Shown in pieces: positions 20,293 through 35,200 of a stretch of DNA of 64,000 nt. The stretch lies in NCBI GenBank assembly GCA_027604505.1, contig JADIIX010000039.1:62001-126000 (forward strand). The letters are read 5' to 3'. The notes beneath the pieces are model-generated. The model saw nothing but the letters and a program-made list of their open reading frames with translations. It was not told the origin of the DNA and did no database searches. The position numbers were made by a program, and so were the translations under genes. The DNA comes from Gonapodya sp. JEL0774 (taxonomy: Eukaryota). Within the stretch, counting starts at the first letter, position 1; every line of letters begins with the position of its first letter.

Positions 20293-23200
20293 ATGTCGCA
20301 GACGTTTCTGTTCGACGCGGCGACCCCGCTGCTGTTGTTGCTGGAACACATACGATCTCCAACAGCACTGACCGCGGACTCTGCGGGCCTGGGTATGCCA
20401 ATTCGCCACCTCGTCAAAGTCGGTCGCGAATACCGCGACATTTTATTGCCGCCTGGTGACGAGTCTCCACCAAGGCATGAATTCCCAGTATGGTACGGAG
20501 ATTTCCACATTGAACCGGACGACCCGGACGATCCCTTTCCAGAAGGTGCCATTGATGATGAGCCAGACTATCTCAACCCAACCTCGACCTACACTCCTTC
20601 CTATGACTCTTTCTTTGTGCCATCGCCACATGCGCCTGACTCCCCAACTCGGATAGATTATCGAATCGTCGCTACTCTCGAGCGCGCTGCACAAAGTGGA
20701 TTTACAACGCTTGCCGACCGGGCGATCCTCCTTAATTCCCTCTCGGACCTCCTCCTCAACCCGTTCCTGACACTGCCCATCGCACGACTATTTTCACCCA
20801 TATTGCCAGACCTCATTGCGCGGTGGGCGGACAGGCACCCTGGACCTTGTGCGAACGACGGGGTTACTGGAGTCACAATCTCAACAGAAAGTGCACCGAT
20901 GAACACTCCAACACACCTCTTACAAATGAAGACTCCGATGTCACCTAAACGTGACCGTGCTGGCAAGTCCATCTCGGCTCCATTAGCAGCTGTGTCGAGG
21001 GATGCAATGGACATGGAGATTGATGAAGCTGGCTCGGTTAATGGATGGATCGGAAGTCGAGATGGTTCTACGTTTAACGAATCAGACGCAGTGGCTTTAG
21101 CAATTTGCAGAATCGGTGCGAGTTGGCCGGAAATCTTTGAGTGAGTCTTCGAGAGGGAGTTTCGTGGGAATGGTCAAAGCCGCTTCACGTCATCTTGTAC
21201 GGTGTTGAGTTCTAACACCAAGAGACCGTATTTGTTTATCTTCCTCGGCCCATTTCTCATCTCGCTGTCTTTCCTTGATCTTACTACCCACTGATCTTGC
21301 TACTAATTTGATTTTCACTCAGCTTGGCGCTTCATATTCTGCCCACACACCTTGTTGCCTATCTCCTGCCTGCCCTTCAACCTGCTCCTTACGTTGCTCC
21401 CACCTCCCACCCCACGAGCTCTCCGTATTTTCCCAGCAGCTTGCATCCTCTCCTGCGTACTCTTCGCACGACCCTGCGCCTTCTCTCCTTACATCGTTCA
21501 TTCACCCTCCTCTTCCTGCAGTGCCCGCCATCTTCTCCTTCGATGACATCCCCATCTACTGCTCTACTCCCGCTATGCTACCATCCTCACCGTACAGTAC
21601 GTGCGCTTGCAATTCGTTGCCAGCAGCTGATGAGAGGCTGGAGTGATGGCGTACGAGAAGCCGTTGAGAGGAGGATGACGGCTGCCGCAGATGGTGCAAC
21701 AACCGAGTTAGATTTACACAGCGATGCAACCGTCTCAGACGGTGAACTAAGGGGAGAGTTGGAAAGGGATCTGATATCTTTGGATGCCATGGTGGAATCT
21801 GGGTTCTCTGGCACATTAACGCAAGGCGACGTTGGCGAGCGGAAAGTTTTAAACGGGGTTGAGTATATCAAAGTGGACCAGTGGTGGAGAGAAAACAGCG
21901 ATCAACTGGTGGAGAGGGTTGAGTACAATGGGAGGCTGGTTGGGTACGTTGACGATAGTTTTTCGACTTGGGTCAAAAAAGTTGATATCAGGAACCACCA
22001 ACTCTCCCGCAGTGTAATTGACAACCTTCTCACGACTTACATTCGAACTATCTCCCGATTACCCCTGCCCGCTTCCTCTGTGGTACCATTGCACTCTCTA
22101 CCCTTAACGCCTTCTTCGCTGCACCCTTCCATCCGCGTCATCCACACCACTCTTCTCGCTCTTCCCTCTCATCCGCGTAACCCTCGACGCACCGAGCCCG
22201 ATGGCAACTGGGTCGATGTTGAGGGCAGGGAGAACGTCCTCGAGGGAATTGCGAAGGGACTTAAAGAAGGCAAACCAGTTTGCGTCACTGGAGCGGCAGG
22301 CGTTGGGAAGACAAGAGCGGTAGAGGAGGTCGCAGAGAGGTGTGGAGTTGGAGGAGGTGAGGATAACTCATGCCCACGAATACTTGTTGGAATGTGGTTG
22401 GCTAGATCTAACGTTGTTGTCGTAAGACTTGTTGAAACTCCCCCTCACCGCCTCCACTCCATCGACGCACCTCCTCGGTACGCACACTACCGATCCCCAC
22501 GATCCTTCTCTCTTCACATTCCGTCCTGGTCTTCTACATCACTGTATGCTCCACGGTAAGTGGATTCTACTCGAAGACCTGCACTCTGCAGCACCTGAAG
22601 TTGCTCAGATGATCAAGGCGATTGCGGAGAGAGCTGTTCCAGGTGGGAAGATTGAAATCGATGGCAGGATGGTGGAAGTGCACCGGGGATTTAGGATGCT
22701 TGCGACTGCGACGGTTGGGCTTGCAGTGGAAAATGATTGCTTGTATGGTTTGAGAGTTTGGCAGAGAGTGCAGGTCCCAGATTTTGGGCACGGCGATCTA
22801 GAGACTGTAGTGAGAGGGAGACACCCGGCACTTGGCGAACTCGCGGGCCTGGCGTGCAAGGCATGGGAGGTGGTGGAATCATCCAACGGAAGCGGAAGCA
22901 GGAGGGCAACGTCGAGGGATCTGTTCAAGTTCTGCAAAAGAGCAGAGGAGGCAATTCGACATGTTTTGGTTGGCAAGGACGTGTCGAGTGAGGTTTTAGG
23001 GAGGAACGATGTGAGGGAGGCTATTCTGGTGGAGGCAATTGACGTGTTTTGCGCACCTTTGATGGATAGTACTCAAAGGTTGTTAAGAGCTGAGGCTCTA
23101 GCGAGAACATGTGGGTTTGCAGAAGGGACCGAGAGAGCAAAATTCCATGGGCGGGTTCCAGAAATTGCAGTCAAACCTGATGGGAATGTCAACGTGGGAA

Positions 23201-26200
23201 GAGTGGAGCTCAGTGGATCCAGCAAGCGGCAGCCTGGATCAGAACGCGGGATATCAGCCCGTTTCGCAGTAACACCCTCGACTGCGCGGTCAATGGAGCA
23301 AATTGCAGTAGCAGTTCACTTCGGTGAACCCGTGTTACTTGTAGGCGAAACAGGTGCCGGCAAGACTACTGCAGTCCAGGCACTCGCGCAGATGTGTGGC
23401 CACCGGCTAGGAGTTGTAAATCTATCTCAACAAGCGGAGGCCTCGGATTTGCTGGGAGGTTACAAGCCTGTAGATTTGAGAGCGTTGGCGGTTAGGGCTC
23501 GGGAAAGGTTCGAGGAGTTGTTTGAATTAACCTTCCCAGTAATCGGTAATGAAAACTTCTTGAAAATCTTGGGGAAGGCGATTCAAGATAAGGAATGGAA
23601 AAAGCTCATAAAGGGATTGCGGACGGGCGTTGAGATGGCCTCGAGAGTGATGGCCAAACACTTTGAGAAAGTTGGCACTGCCGGCAACGAAACTGTGAAG
23701 AAGAAAAAGGCAAGTGCGGAGCTCGACTCTGGTGATAAGACAAGCAAGACTGTGAAAGAATGGAAAGATCTGGAGCGACAATGGAACGCGTTTGCCACGC
23801 AACTTGGGATCTTAGAGGGTCAGGTCCAAGCAACGAAGTAAGCTACGGTTCAAAGAGTCCCAGCTGCAATGCGCATTAATAAGTGGGCTGCATCAATACA
23901 GGAACAACTTGCTCTTTTCTTTTATTGAAGGCACCCTTCCATTGGCGATTCAGCGCGGCGACTGGATTCTACTCGATGAAATCAATCTCGCCTCAGCAGA
24001 GACGTTGGAAGCTCTTTCAACACTTCTTCAATCGGCTTCGGAATCCGTTCTTCTCGCAGACCGCGGAGACACGGAACCTATCACCAGGCACCCGGATTTT
24101 CGACTCTTCTCGTGTATGAATCCGGCTAACGATGTCGGAAAGAAGGATCTGCCTTCTTCTTTACGATCCCGCTTCACGGAGCTCTTTGTGGAACCCCCAG
24201 ATGGAAATTTTGAGGATCTCAAACTCATTTCATCTCGGTATCTGTCGGAACTTCTTGTATCAGCCGCAGATACTGCCATTACGACGGATGTCTCGAGGTT
24301 TTATTCCGATTGCAAAGCTTTAGCTGTCCAGGATAGAATCTACGATGGGAGTGGTCACCGCCTCACATTCACTTTGCGAACTCTGACGAGGATGCTGGTG
24401 TTTGCTGTGCAGATAAGTGGCACTTATGGCCTCCGCAGAGCCTTATGGGAAGGAGCTGTCATGCTGTTCATGACCCAACTAGATGAAGGTAGTCGAATTA
24501 TGGTGGAGAAACTGGCGATCGAACGTTTGCTCTCGGGAATTCGGTGAATATTGTGGGATTGTAGCTCTCGCATGATGCACCTATCCTTACCCATCACTTT
24601 GGTTCAGCAATCCACGATCATTTGTTGAACAAATTCCGAGAAGTCCTCCGGGTCCAGAAAATCTGTATGAGAGGTTCCGGTCTTTCTGGCTGGAGCGGGG
24701 TGATCAACCGTTCACCAAAAACGCAACGAGTCACTATGTGATCACACCTTCCGTGGAACGAAACCTTGAAAACCTCGCACGCGCTGTATTGTGCAAGCGG
24801 TTCCCGGTTCTGATTCAAGGACCTACTTCGAGTGGCAAGACAAGCATGATTGAGTTTCTCGCGAAGAGAACCGGACACAAGTTTGTTCGTGTCAATAATC
24901 ACGAACACACAGACCTCCAGGAATATATTGGTAGCTACATTTCGGATGACCTGGGACGCCTTTATTTTCAGGAGGGAGTTCTTGTAGAAGCATTGCGGAA
25001 AGGCTACTGGATTGTGCTGGATGAGCTTAACTTGGCTCCGTCTGACGTGTTGGAAGCACTTAACCGCTTACTAGACGACAACCGAGAACTGCTCATACCC
25101 GAGACCGGTGAAATTGTCCGACCACATCCCCGCTTCATGCTGTTTGCCACGCAAAATCCTCCTGGACTGTACGGTGGTCGCAAAGTTCTATCCCGGGCGT
25201 TTCGTAATCGTTTTTTGGAGCTGCATTTTGATGACATTCCGCAGGATGAGCTCGAAGAGATCTTACACCGCAGATGCCGGATTGCTCCGTCATATGCTAA
25301 GCGGCTAGTTCATGTTTATAAAGAGCTTCAAATTCGTCGTGCAAACACCAAGCTCTTCGAAGGTCGCCATGGCTTCATTACTTTGCGAGATCTCTTTCGT
25401 TGGGCGGGTCGTAACTCCAACAGCTACGAAGAACTTGCAGAAAACGGCTACATGATATTGGCTGAGAGGGCCAGGAAGGAGGAAGAGAAGGCCATCGTGA
25501 AAGAAGTAATTGAAATGTGAGTTGAGGTGGTGCTCGAACCAATGTTTCCGTCCCTATTGAATATTGGAAACTCACGATTCTCCTAACCACGAATTGTTTA
25601 TCAAGGGCCATGAAAGTCAAAATCGACGAGTCAAAACTGTATTCGTGCGATCGCCTTCCAATTTGGGCTGCAATCGAGCGATACCGCGACTCACCTGAAC
25701 CTCCGCCATCGTCTCTGGAGTATCGATCATGGGCTTTGGTTCGAAGCGTGGTCTGGACAAAGGCCATGAGAAGGCTTCTGACGCTCGTAGATAAGTGCCT
25801 CAATCAGAACGAGCCGGTTCTTCTTGTTGGCGAAACGGGATGTGGCAAAACGACTATTTGCGATGTCATCGCAGCAGTTTCCGGTAGGCAACTTGTCGCC
25901 GTTAATTGCCAGCAGCACACGGAAACCTCAGACTTCTTGGGTGGTCAAAGACCAATGCGCGAACGGGAAAAGCTCGGTGAAGATCTTCGAGTGCAATTGT
26001 GTCAGTTCCTCGAAGAAAATGTTGAATTGAGGCAACGAGCTAATTTAAGCGGCAACTGTGTGGAAATTTTGTCTTCAATGCCCTTGACCGGCGTGATGGA
26101 GATTGCTGATAAGATCATTGCACCTTTGAAAAGGAGTCATGATCTTACAACCAACGGGAACGCAGAAATATTACACTTGGAGCGGATGGTTGGTCGTTGT

Positions 26201-29200
26201 CGATCACTATTTGAGTGGCAGGATGGTCCCCTAATAGTTTCCATGAAGTTCGGGAAGTACTTTCTCCTTGATGAAATTTCACTTGCGGAGGATGCAGTTC
26301 TGGAGCGTCTCAACTCTGTGTTAGAACCCAGTAGAACCATTGTACTTGCAGAAAAAGGGGGAAAGGAGACGGAGGAAATCGTTGGTTCTGCGGGATTTCA
26401 GTTCCTTGCCACTATGAATCCAGGTGGAGACTTTGGCAAGAAGGAGCTTTCTCCTGCCCTCCGAAACCGATTCACTGAGATCTGGGTTCCGCAAATCGAT
26501 GACATGGATGACCTTCGGTTGATCATTTTGGAAAAACTCGAGTTTGGCTCCATTGCCCAGCGACGGCAAATTGGAGACGCCCTGCTGAATTTTGTCGCTT
26601 GGTTCGGGAATACTGTGCGCGTCCCAATGAGTTCTGTTGTAAGTCTCCGAGATCTACTATCATGGGTTCAGTTCTTGAACATCATGAACATAAAAATCGG
26701 TTCGATGACTGCGTTCGAACACGGCGGGAGAATGGTTCTTCTGGATGGTATGAGCATGAACCCGATGCTGGGACATTTGGGATCCAAGAAGCAGGTGGAC
26801 ATGGTGAAGGAGACTTGTCTTTCCCAACTTTCGAAGGTTGCCACCGAGCTTTTCGCTGAACCTGGCAGTGATGCTGTTCCCCAGTTAACACAGAACGTAC
26901 ATGGTCACGCCACGAGAACTGAAAATGCATTTCTTGTATCGCCATTTTCTGTGGAACTCGGACCAAATACTCCCAGAGAACCCACTTTTGTGTTCAACGC
27001 ACCCACTACGTGTAGGAATGCACAAAGAGTTTTCCGTGGCATGCAATTACACAAGCCAATTCTCCTTGAAGGAAGTCCCGGTGTGGGAAAAACGAGTCTG
27101 ATTGCGAATTTGGCTTCAGCTACTGGGAACAACCTGGTTCGCATCAATCTGTCAGATCAAACTGATTTGATGGATTTATTCGGATCGGATCTTCCTGTCG
27201 AAGGTGGTAAACCGGGACAGTTTGCTTGGCGCGACGGACCATTCCTTCGAGCAATGCAAGATGGAGATTGGGTGCTCTTAGACGAACTCAACCTGGCTTC
27301 TCAGTCGGTCCTAGAGGGTCTGAATGCGTGTTTGGACTATAGAGCAACGGTTTACATCACGGAGTTGGATAGGACATTTAAATGCTCGCCGCGGTTTCGT
27401 GTGTTCGCTGCGCAGAATCCTCAGCAGCAAGGCGGCGGCAGAAAGGGGCTGCCCAAATCTTTCGTCAACAGGTTCTCTCAGGTGTATATTGATACATTGA
27501 CCCTCGAAGATATAATGATGATCTGCTCGACTCTATACCCAGATATCTCAGAGGACGTGTTGAAGCAGATGGTTCTGTTCAACAATGCTGTCCACGAGAA
27601 GACAGTCGTCGAGATGGAATTTGCTCGGTCGGGTTCGCCATGGGAATTTAATTTGCGTGACATTTTGAGATGGCTGGAGCTTTGTCGACGCAACACAACC
27701 TCCAATGTCTCTCCGTGGGACTTTGTGGACGCTATATATATTCACAGAATGCGGACGCAAGAAGACAGACAGGAAATGCGCAAATTGTTGGAGGCCTTTC
27801 AAGGTTTCCGTGAACGTGTTACAACATCCAACAACACTTTCGAACTGACTCCCTTTGCCTTAAAGGCTGGGCTCACCGTATTACCCCGACACAAAGCAGT
27901 CCAACTTGATAGTTCTCCATTTCTGCATGTTGATTTGGACGTCCCTGCCGCCTGTGTCCCAGAGTTTCACACAATGATGACTTGTGTTCAGATGAATTGG
28001 ATGTCCATCCTCGTGGGCAAATCGGGTTCTGGAAAAACAACTCTTGTCCACCTCCTCGCTTCGGTGACAGGCAACGAACTAAAAGAGTACTCGATGAACA
28101 GTAGCGTGGATACCATGGAGCTTCTCGGTGGATTCGAGCAAGTCGACATCGCCAGACATAAACAGATCATCGTGGATCAAATTGACCGCATTCTTGAGGA
28201 TTCCATTGCCAGTTCGTTCGTCGCAAGTGGTGTGAATGCTGTTCCAGAGTTGATGAATGTTCTGACAAAATGGAGCAAACTCAAAGGATCCTTCCGAAGG
28301 TCGAGCTCACAAAACTCGGACTCGAAAGCCCAAGAACCCTCGTATTCGGTGGAAATGGTGCAGTTTGTGGACCTACTTGTAGATTTGGTGGGATCCTTTC
28401 GACTAAGTGCATCGCATCGTCAAACCTTGGAAAGTCTGAACAAAAGAGTGAGTCAAATTGCCGACTTGCATAAAGACGATTCTCGTGGTGTCTTCGAATG
28501 GGCAGATGGCGCTTTGGTGCAGGCTGTGGAGAAGGGCGAGTGGATACTGCTCGACAACGCCAATCTATGCAGTGCCGCTGTATTGGATAGGCTCAACCCA
28601 TTGCTGGAAGACCACGGAGTCTTGACAATGACTGAGAGAGGATTTGTTGGTTCTGGCCAGGTGAAGGTCATCACACCACATCCGAACTTTCGAATGTTCC
28701 TAACCGCTGACCCAAACAATGGTGGTGAAATATCTCGAGCAATGAGGAACAGGGGAATCGAAGTAACTCTTCTCGACGATGCTTCTATGTCTCTGAATGA
28801 GGCTGAGCTTCGTTTAACTGGCAAAGAGAGAGTTAAAGTGGGGAAGTGGCCAATAACTTCGTCAACTCTTTCAATGGTTGGAGATTCTGAGCCTACAATC
28901 GCAGCTTTAGACGCCGCCTACTTAATGCATCGATTATGCATCGAATCGCCGCAGAGTCCAACAACGAACTTTGATGCGTTCAACTTCGGAGGACTGATCG
29001 TCGCAGAGCATCCCACAGAGGGTGGGTGGTCAGTCCGCTACGAGATGACTATCCTGACACTGAGCGCTTTACGGTCTCGTCGCGTTTATCGAGCGCGAGA
29101 TCTGTGGCGATATGCTATTCTTGCGAATGCGCAGGTAAGGATGTCCGGGTCCTTGGGGTATTATCAATCGTGTTAACCCTGTTGCCAGGCTGCTATGACA

Positions 29201-32200
29201 CAAAACCCAATGAGAACTCCTCGAGAAGTCATGCAACTGCAAGAAATCTCTCTTAAAATGGCTGTTTCTAAGTATCAGGAGAGCGAGATTTGTTCCAGCG
29301 CACTTTTCAGGAAGAATTCCAATTTGAGCATGGTCCAATATAGCTTTGCTCACGCAATTGGGCAAATGCGCGATCAACAATTGCCTCATCGAGTTGTGAT
29401 ACAGTTTTGGACCCTGCTGAAGGAGTTGAGAGAACTAGTTTCCACGAATGTGAGTTTTGGTGTAAGACTGTCACTGCAGGCTTTCAAACTACCAACAAAT
29501 CGTCAGTTATCGCTCTCCCCTGAAGCTGCGAGTGACATCTGGAATTACCGAGAGATGTTCCGAGAGATGTCAGTGCGGAAGCTTCTCGATTTGGACGAAG
29601 TGGTTGTAGCCACAAGAAACATGAAGAAGCTCATCAATCAGGGAGTTGTATCTCAAATCGTTATCGACATCATCAATTCACAATCGACCATGTTGGGGAC
29701 GGATCTGCTTGATGTTATTGGTCTCGTTTGGACCCAATCCGTGGCGCGAGTCATCAAGGATTCGCGCAACAGAGAGCTGTGGAATCGTGTGACCCTTGCC
29801 AGCTCCATGCCGCCTCAGAGTGAGTATGGGATTTATGGTTGTGAGGCACGACTTCGAAAAATATTCATGTTAGCTACCTGAATTGGATCTATCAGTGACT
29901 CCCGGTAACACTTTGCGGGAGCAGAAAAGGACATTATGTGAGGCAGCTGCAACTATTCGGGCAATAGAGTCTCGAAAGGACTCACACGTGGACCGTCTCC
30001 GACTGGTTCTGTCACAAACAATCGAGGTATGGCTGTCTTCGTTGTTCTACCGTGTAATACATGTTCACCTATAGAAAATCCGAACAAGGCGATTGTGGAT
30101 CAAAATTGCATTCGACGAGAAGATCCGGTCACCGACATAATCGGGGTTGCCAAAGCGTTCCTCCACATCAAGGACGTGTGGCTTGCTTTGGAAGAGTATG
30201 TCTTCCTTGGTCGCCTCCTCGTCGGGAGCCGGAGCGACCTTGAGAATATGTCCACTTTACTTGACCTCGGACTATCAAGTTCGAGGTCGCCTGTCGACCT
30301 CAGTGTGTACCAGGAGCTAATCTGGGAAAACGGTCTGCTCAAGAATCTGGGTGAGTCGAAGAAATCGAAAGTAATGTAAATTTGCTGAAAAGCCCAGTTA
30401 TTTCTAGACGGCGTGAGATTTGCCGAAATGCGACTGTCTGCTTCCAGGTTTGTGTGGAGTGGGGCTTTTAATCACAATGTAGAGACACAGCGACTCCTCG
30501 GGTTTGAAGATGGACCTTCAGGACCATCTTTATTCTTTATGGCGCTTTACACAGTATTTTCGAAGGAGTTTATGTACGTAATCTACGTTGCCTTCTTGCT
30601 GTCTGCACATTTCGTTACATTGGATCGTTGTTCTTCTGTTTTCAGATCACCCCCGGAAGTCATTCCAATCACGAGCGCCACTGAGTTCGCGTTGCGTGCT
30701 CGTGAGATTCGATTCTCAGTCCTTAATTATCGAGTCCCGATCGAAGAAGAAATATTTCAATCAGATACTAGTTCGCTGAGAGATGCGACAATGGAGGTGT
30801 GTTATTGTTATATTTAGTCGTGTCAGAGTAGGAAACCCAGATTTCGTTTGTGTGGGGTAGTATCTACGGATGCTGAAGCCTCTTTTCTCGGACCAAGAAC
30901 ACACAAACTGCTCTGTCTGCATCGATCAGAGTTTTGGAGGCGTTGAAGCATTATCCTTTTCAATTCGTAACCTGTTTGGCGACGTGGCAACTCGGACAGG
31001 CCTCCCTCGTTTACGAGAAGCCGCACTAGCACTGCAAGACGGCCTGGAACAAATTCAAATCAGTTTAAGCACAATTGGACCCCGGAGACTCGTACACCGA
31101 GGTATTGCATGGGCAAATTTGGGTAGAGCATACTTGTTCTCTTTTCGTCCTGCTGTTCCCGTCGATCCGGCTGCAGAAACGATTGTGCGACACCGTCTCT
31201 CTCGTGGTAAACTAGCGAGATTGGAAGACGAAAAGGTGATAAGAGACTTTATCATAAAGGCGTTACCTGCATTTCGAGACAGGACAAACATCAGTCGTTA
31301 CGAATCACATATAAGAGATGTCCACCAGTCTGTTGAAGAAACAGGAGCTTCTTTGCCACTCCGGCCCACGGTGTCACAAATGCCCGACATCTGTACAGAC
31401 ATGCAAAATCTCGAAATTGAACTCCTCGGCGAAAATGGACCCTTATCGACACTACTCGGGGACTTTTTGTTGTCAATGGATCAAAGTTCCGTTGACTCAC
31501 GCGAATATTTGCTGCAGCAGAATCTATGGTCTCATGCTTCTCGTTTGCGTGAAAAGTATCCGCTTTATAGCGATCTAACAAATATCCTCGAACAGGCTAT
31601 TCTGTGGATCAAACACGGTTTACGCTTAGCGCGGATTGGTAGCGCTGCTCAGAGGCAACCAACTGCATCTCGACGCTTCGCCATCGGCAATCTTTTAGCG
31701 TATCCTGTTATCGATAGTTCTCGCCGAAAACATGTGGCGGATATCTTAGGGCTTATTGCCAATACGCCGGACATTGAGGGACAGGATCAACACGTCCAAG
31801 CCAAGCTGAAGAGGAATGTATCGATGGGAGTCCTTCTACAGTTCTCTGTCTGGCATTCCATTTATAGTGAAACGGTTCGATCACTTTGCGACCTTCACAA
31901 GGAATGTACGTATATATTCGATTTGATGACAGACGTGTGGTTGGAGCAGGAACAGACACGTGCGGAAGAAGAAGCAAAATTGCAAGAGCAATTCAAATAT
32001 CGAGCAAGGGAAGAGAAAATTCCTAATGACCTGGAACAGCAAGAAGTCCTGGTGGCACAGCTTCTTCCAACCCACTGGGATTCCGAAGAACTGACACTGA
32101 CGACACTCGATGATGGACTCTTCGACGTCGGCCCGCTGGAAGGTACAAGAGAGCCCACAGCTTCTTCCTCACAGCCAGATGTTATTCGTAGGGAAGACGC

Positions 32201-35200
32201 ATTCAGAGTAATGAAAGCACATCATCGACTTTTCGGTGTCCCAGGGGGTGCATCAATCGGAACGACAGATTTAACAACATGGAGTGAAGAATCCTTCATT
32301 CTTCTGTACGAGGCGGCTATTTCCCTTGTTCAGCCCTCGCGTCACGAGCAAACGCGGTGGGATGATGACCGCACTGTTGGAGCACACCTGCTTGGATCTT
32401 TTTTGGTGGAGCAAACCCTTTTGGGAGATCGCTCACCTCACGCTGGGGAGTACATCGAAGGGAAACCTATTGACTTCTATCACGACTCAGACATAAGGGA
32501 GGTGAAGATGATTCTGGAGCCCCTCAAAGCTCTCAGGGCGAAGATTCAACCACTTTTGGAATCCTGGCCTGAGCATCCTGCCCTCGTCGACATCGAGACC
32601 ATTGTTAGACGGATCGAAAATTTTCCCGTTCAATCACCGGTCTCGAAGTTCCTCACTGGAGTGGAGTTGCTCCTCCAAAAATGCAACGTCTGGGAAGAAA
32701 CGACAAGTCGACTTTATTCTATCCGTGAATGCATCGATTCTTTGACTCATCTTATTGTTCGATGGAGGAAGTTAGAATTGCATTCATGGCAGGACCTGTT
32801 CTTGTTGCAAAAGCACAAATCAGCATGTTCTGCGTCTCGGCTCTGGTTTCATTTGTATCGCACATTAATCTCCGGATTCACCTCCCCCCATGTGGAGCGC
32901 AGCGCCATGGATCTTCAATCAATATTCTCGCTGCTGGATGAGTTTTGCATGGGATCACCTGTCGGAGAGTTCGGAACACGTATAGAAATGCTACTCAGCT
33001 TTTCGAATCACCTGAGCCACCTGCTGAGGTTCGACAAAAGGCTTCGGGGAGATCAAACACTGAAATCTGTATTCAGCATTGTATACAACGTTCTGCACCA
33101 CTACAGACAATTTGAGGTGGCGATTGATGATTCATTGAAAGAAAGAAGAATTCCCATTGAGAAGGAGATGCGGGAATTCGTGAAAGTTGCTAGTTGGAAG
33201 GATGTTAATTCGTACGCACTGATGGAATCCGCAATGAGATCTCACAGACAGCTGGCGAAATTCATCAAGCGTTATAGCGAAGTGTTGGGATCTCCAGTAT
33301 CTACGTTTCTGAAAACTATTTTGAAATGTGACCAGATGGCAAAGTGGAGTTCTGGTGGTAATCGGCAGTTGGATCGAATCCGGGAACTATTTGATAAAGT
33401 CATTTATGTTTCTCGAACCGAACCGGAAGGATTTGCTTCCAAACGAGTGCTAAAACTGACTGACTTGTTCGTCACCGCGCGGTCCCACTTGGAAAGGGTG
33501 AGAAGTGATGGGAGCGATATTAAGTACTATGTGGATTGCCTCCATGAGCTTGCTTTCAAAATTGAGTCCAGGCATGACGGGCCACACCAACAATCGTTGC
33601 ACTGGGCAAAATCGCAGAAGTCCCTCCGAAAGAAGCTTTTGTCTGACGTAGAGAGGAGTTTGCGTGATGCCGGATTGTCAGTTCGAGAACAATCAACGTT
33701 TAAGCTTGTCCGAGATACTTTCAAAGTATTCTCGCAAGAAGCGGCGCCGTTTCACTCCCGTGAAATGTTGTGGCGGGCCATTTGTACTTCCGGCATCAGT
33801 CAGGATCTTTCGGCTATTTGGGATGACTTAGATGCCCAATATTTCCGTACCTTTGTTTTTCTCACCCAAGCAAGGGCGCGAGCTCATGAAGCACACAAAG
33901 ACATCTCACCTCCTGATATTCATCGCCTGTTAAGTCTCGGAGAGCACACGACCTTGTTGATGATGCGTGGACGGGAAAGAATAGTGCAGTTGGCCTCAAA
34001 GGTGGCTCTGATTTATGGATATTTTGTTCGCATATCAGATTTAGGCCTTGATCCAGCAACACCATTAGTAGATGGGAGTATTGCGGATGTGGCTCTAGAA
34101 TTGAGCAAGGCGCTTTCGGACTTTGCCAACGGACTTAAACAATCAAAGCACCTTTGGGCGATGGAGGAATCACTTCCCACAGAATCTTTGATCTTCGGAG
34201 AATTTGAAACACTTTTGGTGTCTTTGGATACAGCAAGCGAATCCTGTGTGCTCCTGGAGCGCTCCGTGTTTGACACCCAGTATCAGCGGGAACCGTTCGC
34301 AAGCGGACGGGCCAGAGACCTTCTTGTGGAACTGCAGAACACGCTTGAATTTCACATTAATGGACTTGAACAGATGTCGTCTCGGATTCCTTCCCGTGTA
34401 TGGGGCTTAGTAGCCCCTGTGGTCGTGGTTGCTCGTGCAGCTCTGCAAAAATCTTTGAACCTGCAGTCAGGTAACTCAGCCACCATTACCGAGACAGAGG
34501 AGACAATCGAATCTTTGGCAGAGAACGTTGCAGGCGTGGTCGAGCGACAGAGGGAATATATTATGCTGACAATTCAGGATATTCTCGCCGCTGATTGGAT
34601 ACAACGAGATTTCACAATCAAAACGACGAACACGGAAGGAATCGTGGTCTCAAACTTAATTTCTGTAACAGACCTGGATCATTTGTGCGATGATCTCGTT
34701 CACCGGCTATCTGTTTCAAGGATGACCTCCACAATCGAACATGTGAGAGCTTGCATCTCCACATTCCAGAACAAAACGGCATGCATGTCAAAGGAAGAGT
34801 CTGTTATGGCCTGGAGGCATTTATCAAAACGGTTGAGCGTGGAATCCGTGTGGGTTAAACACTACTCAAGTTTGGTCCATCAAGTTGTCGGAACGCTGTT
34901 GTCTGTTCATTCGAACATTGTTCATCTTGGCGTTCATCTTCTAAATCTCATCAACAAGTTATTTCGTAATGGGTTTGGTATTCCTGAAATAGAAGATAAT
35001 CCGGAGAGTGATACTGACCCTCCGTCCAAGCAAGCTGAAGGCATGGGTCTTGGTGAAGGTGATGGCCAGAAAGATATTAGCGGGCAGATTGAGGAAGACG
35101 AAGATCTAGAAGACGCAATGCGTCCCGAAGATCGCCAGAAGGCACAGCAAGAGGACGCTGTGGACAAAAAAGAAAAGAAGAGCGACGCTATTGAAGTTGA

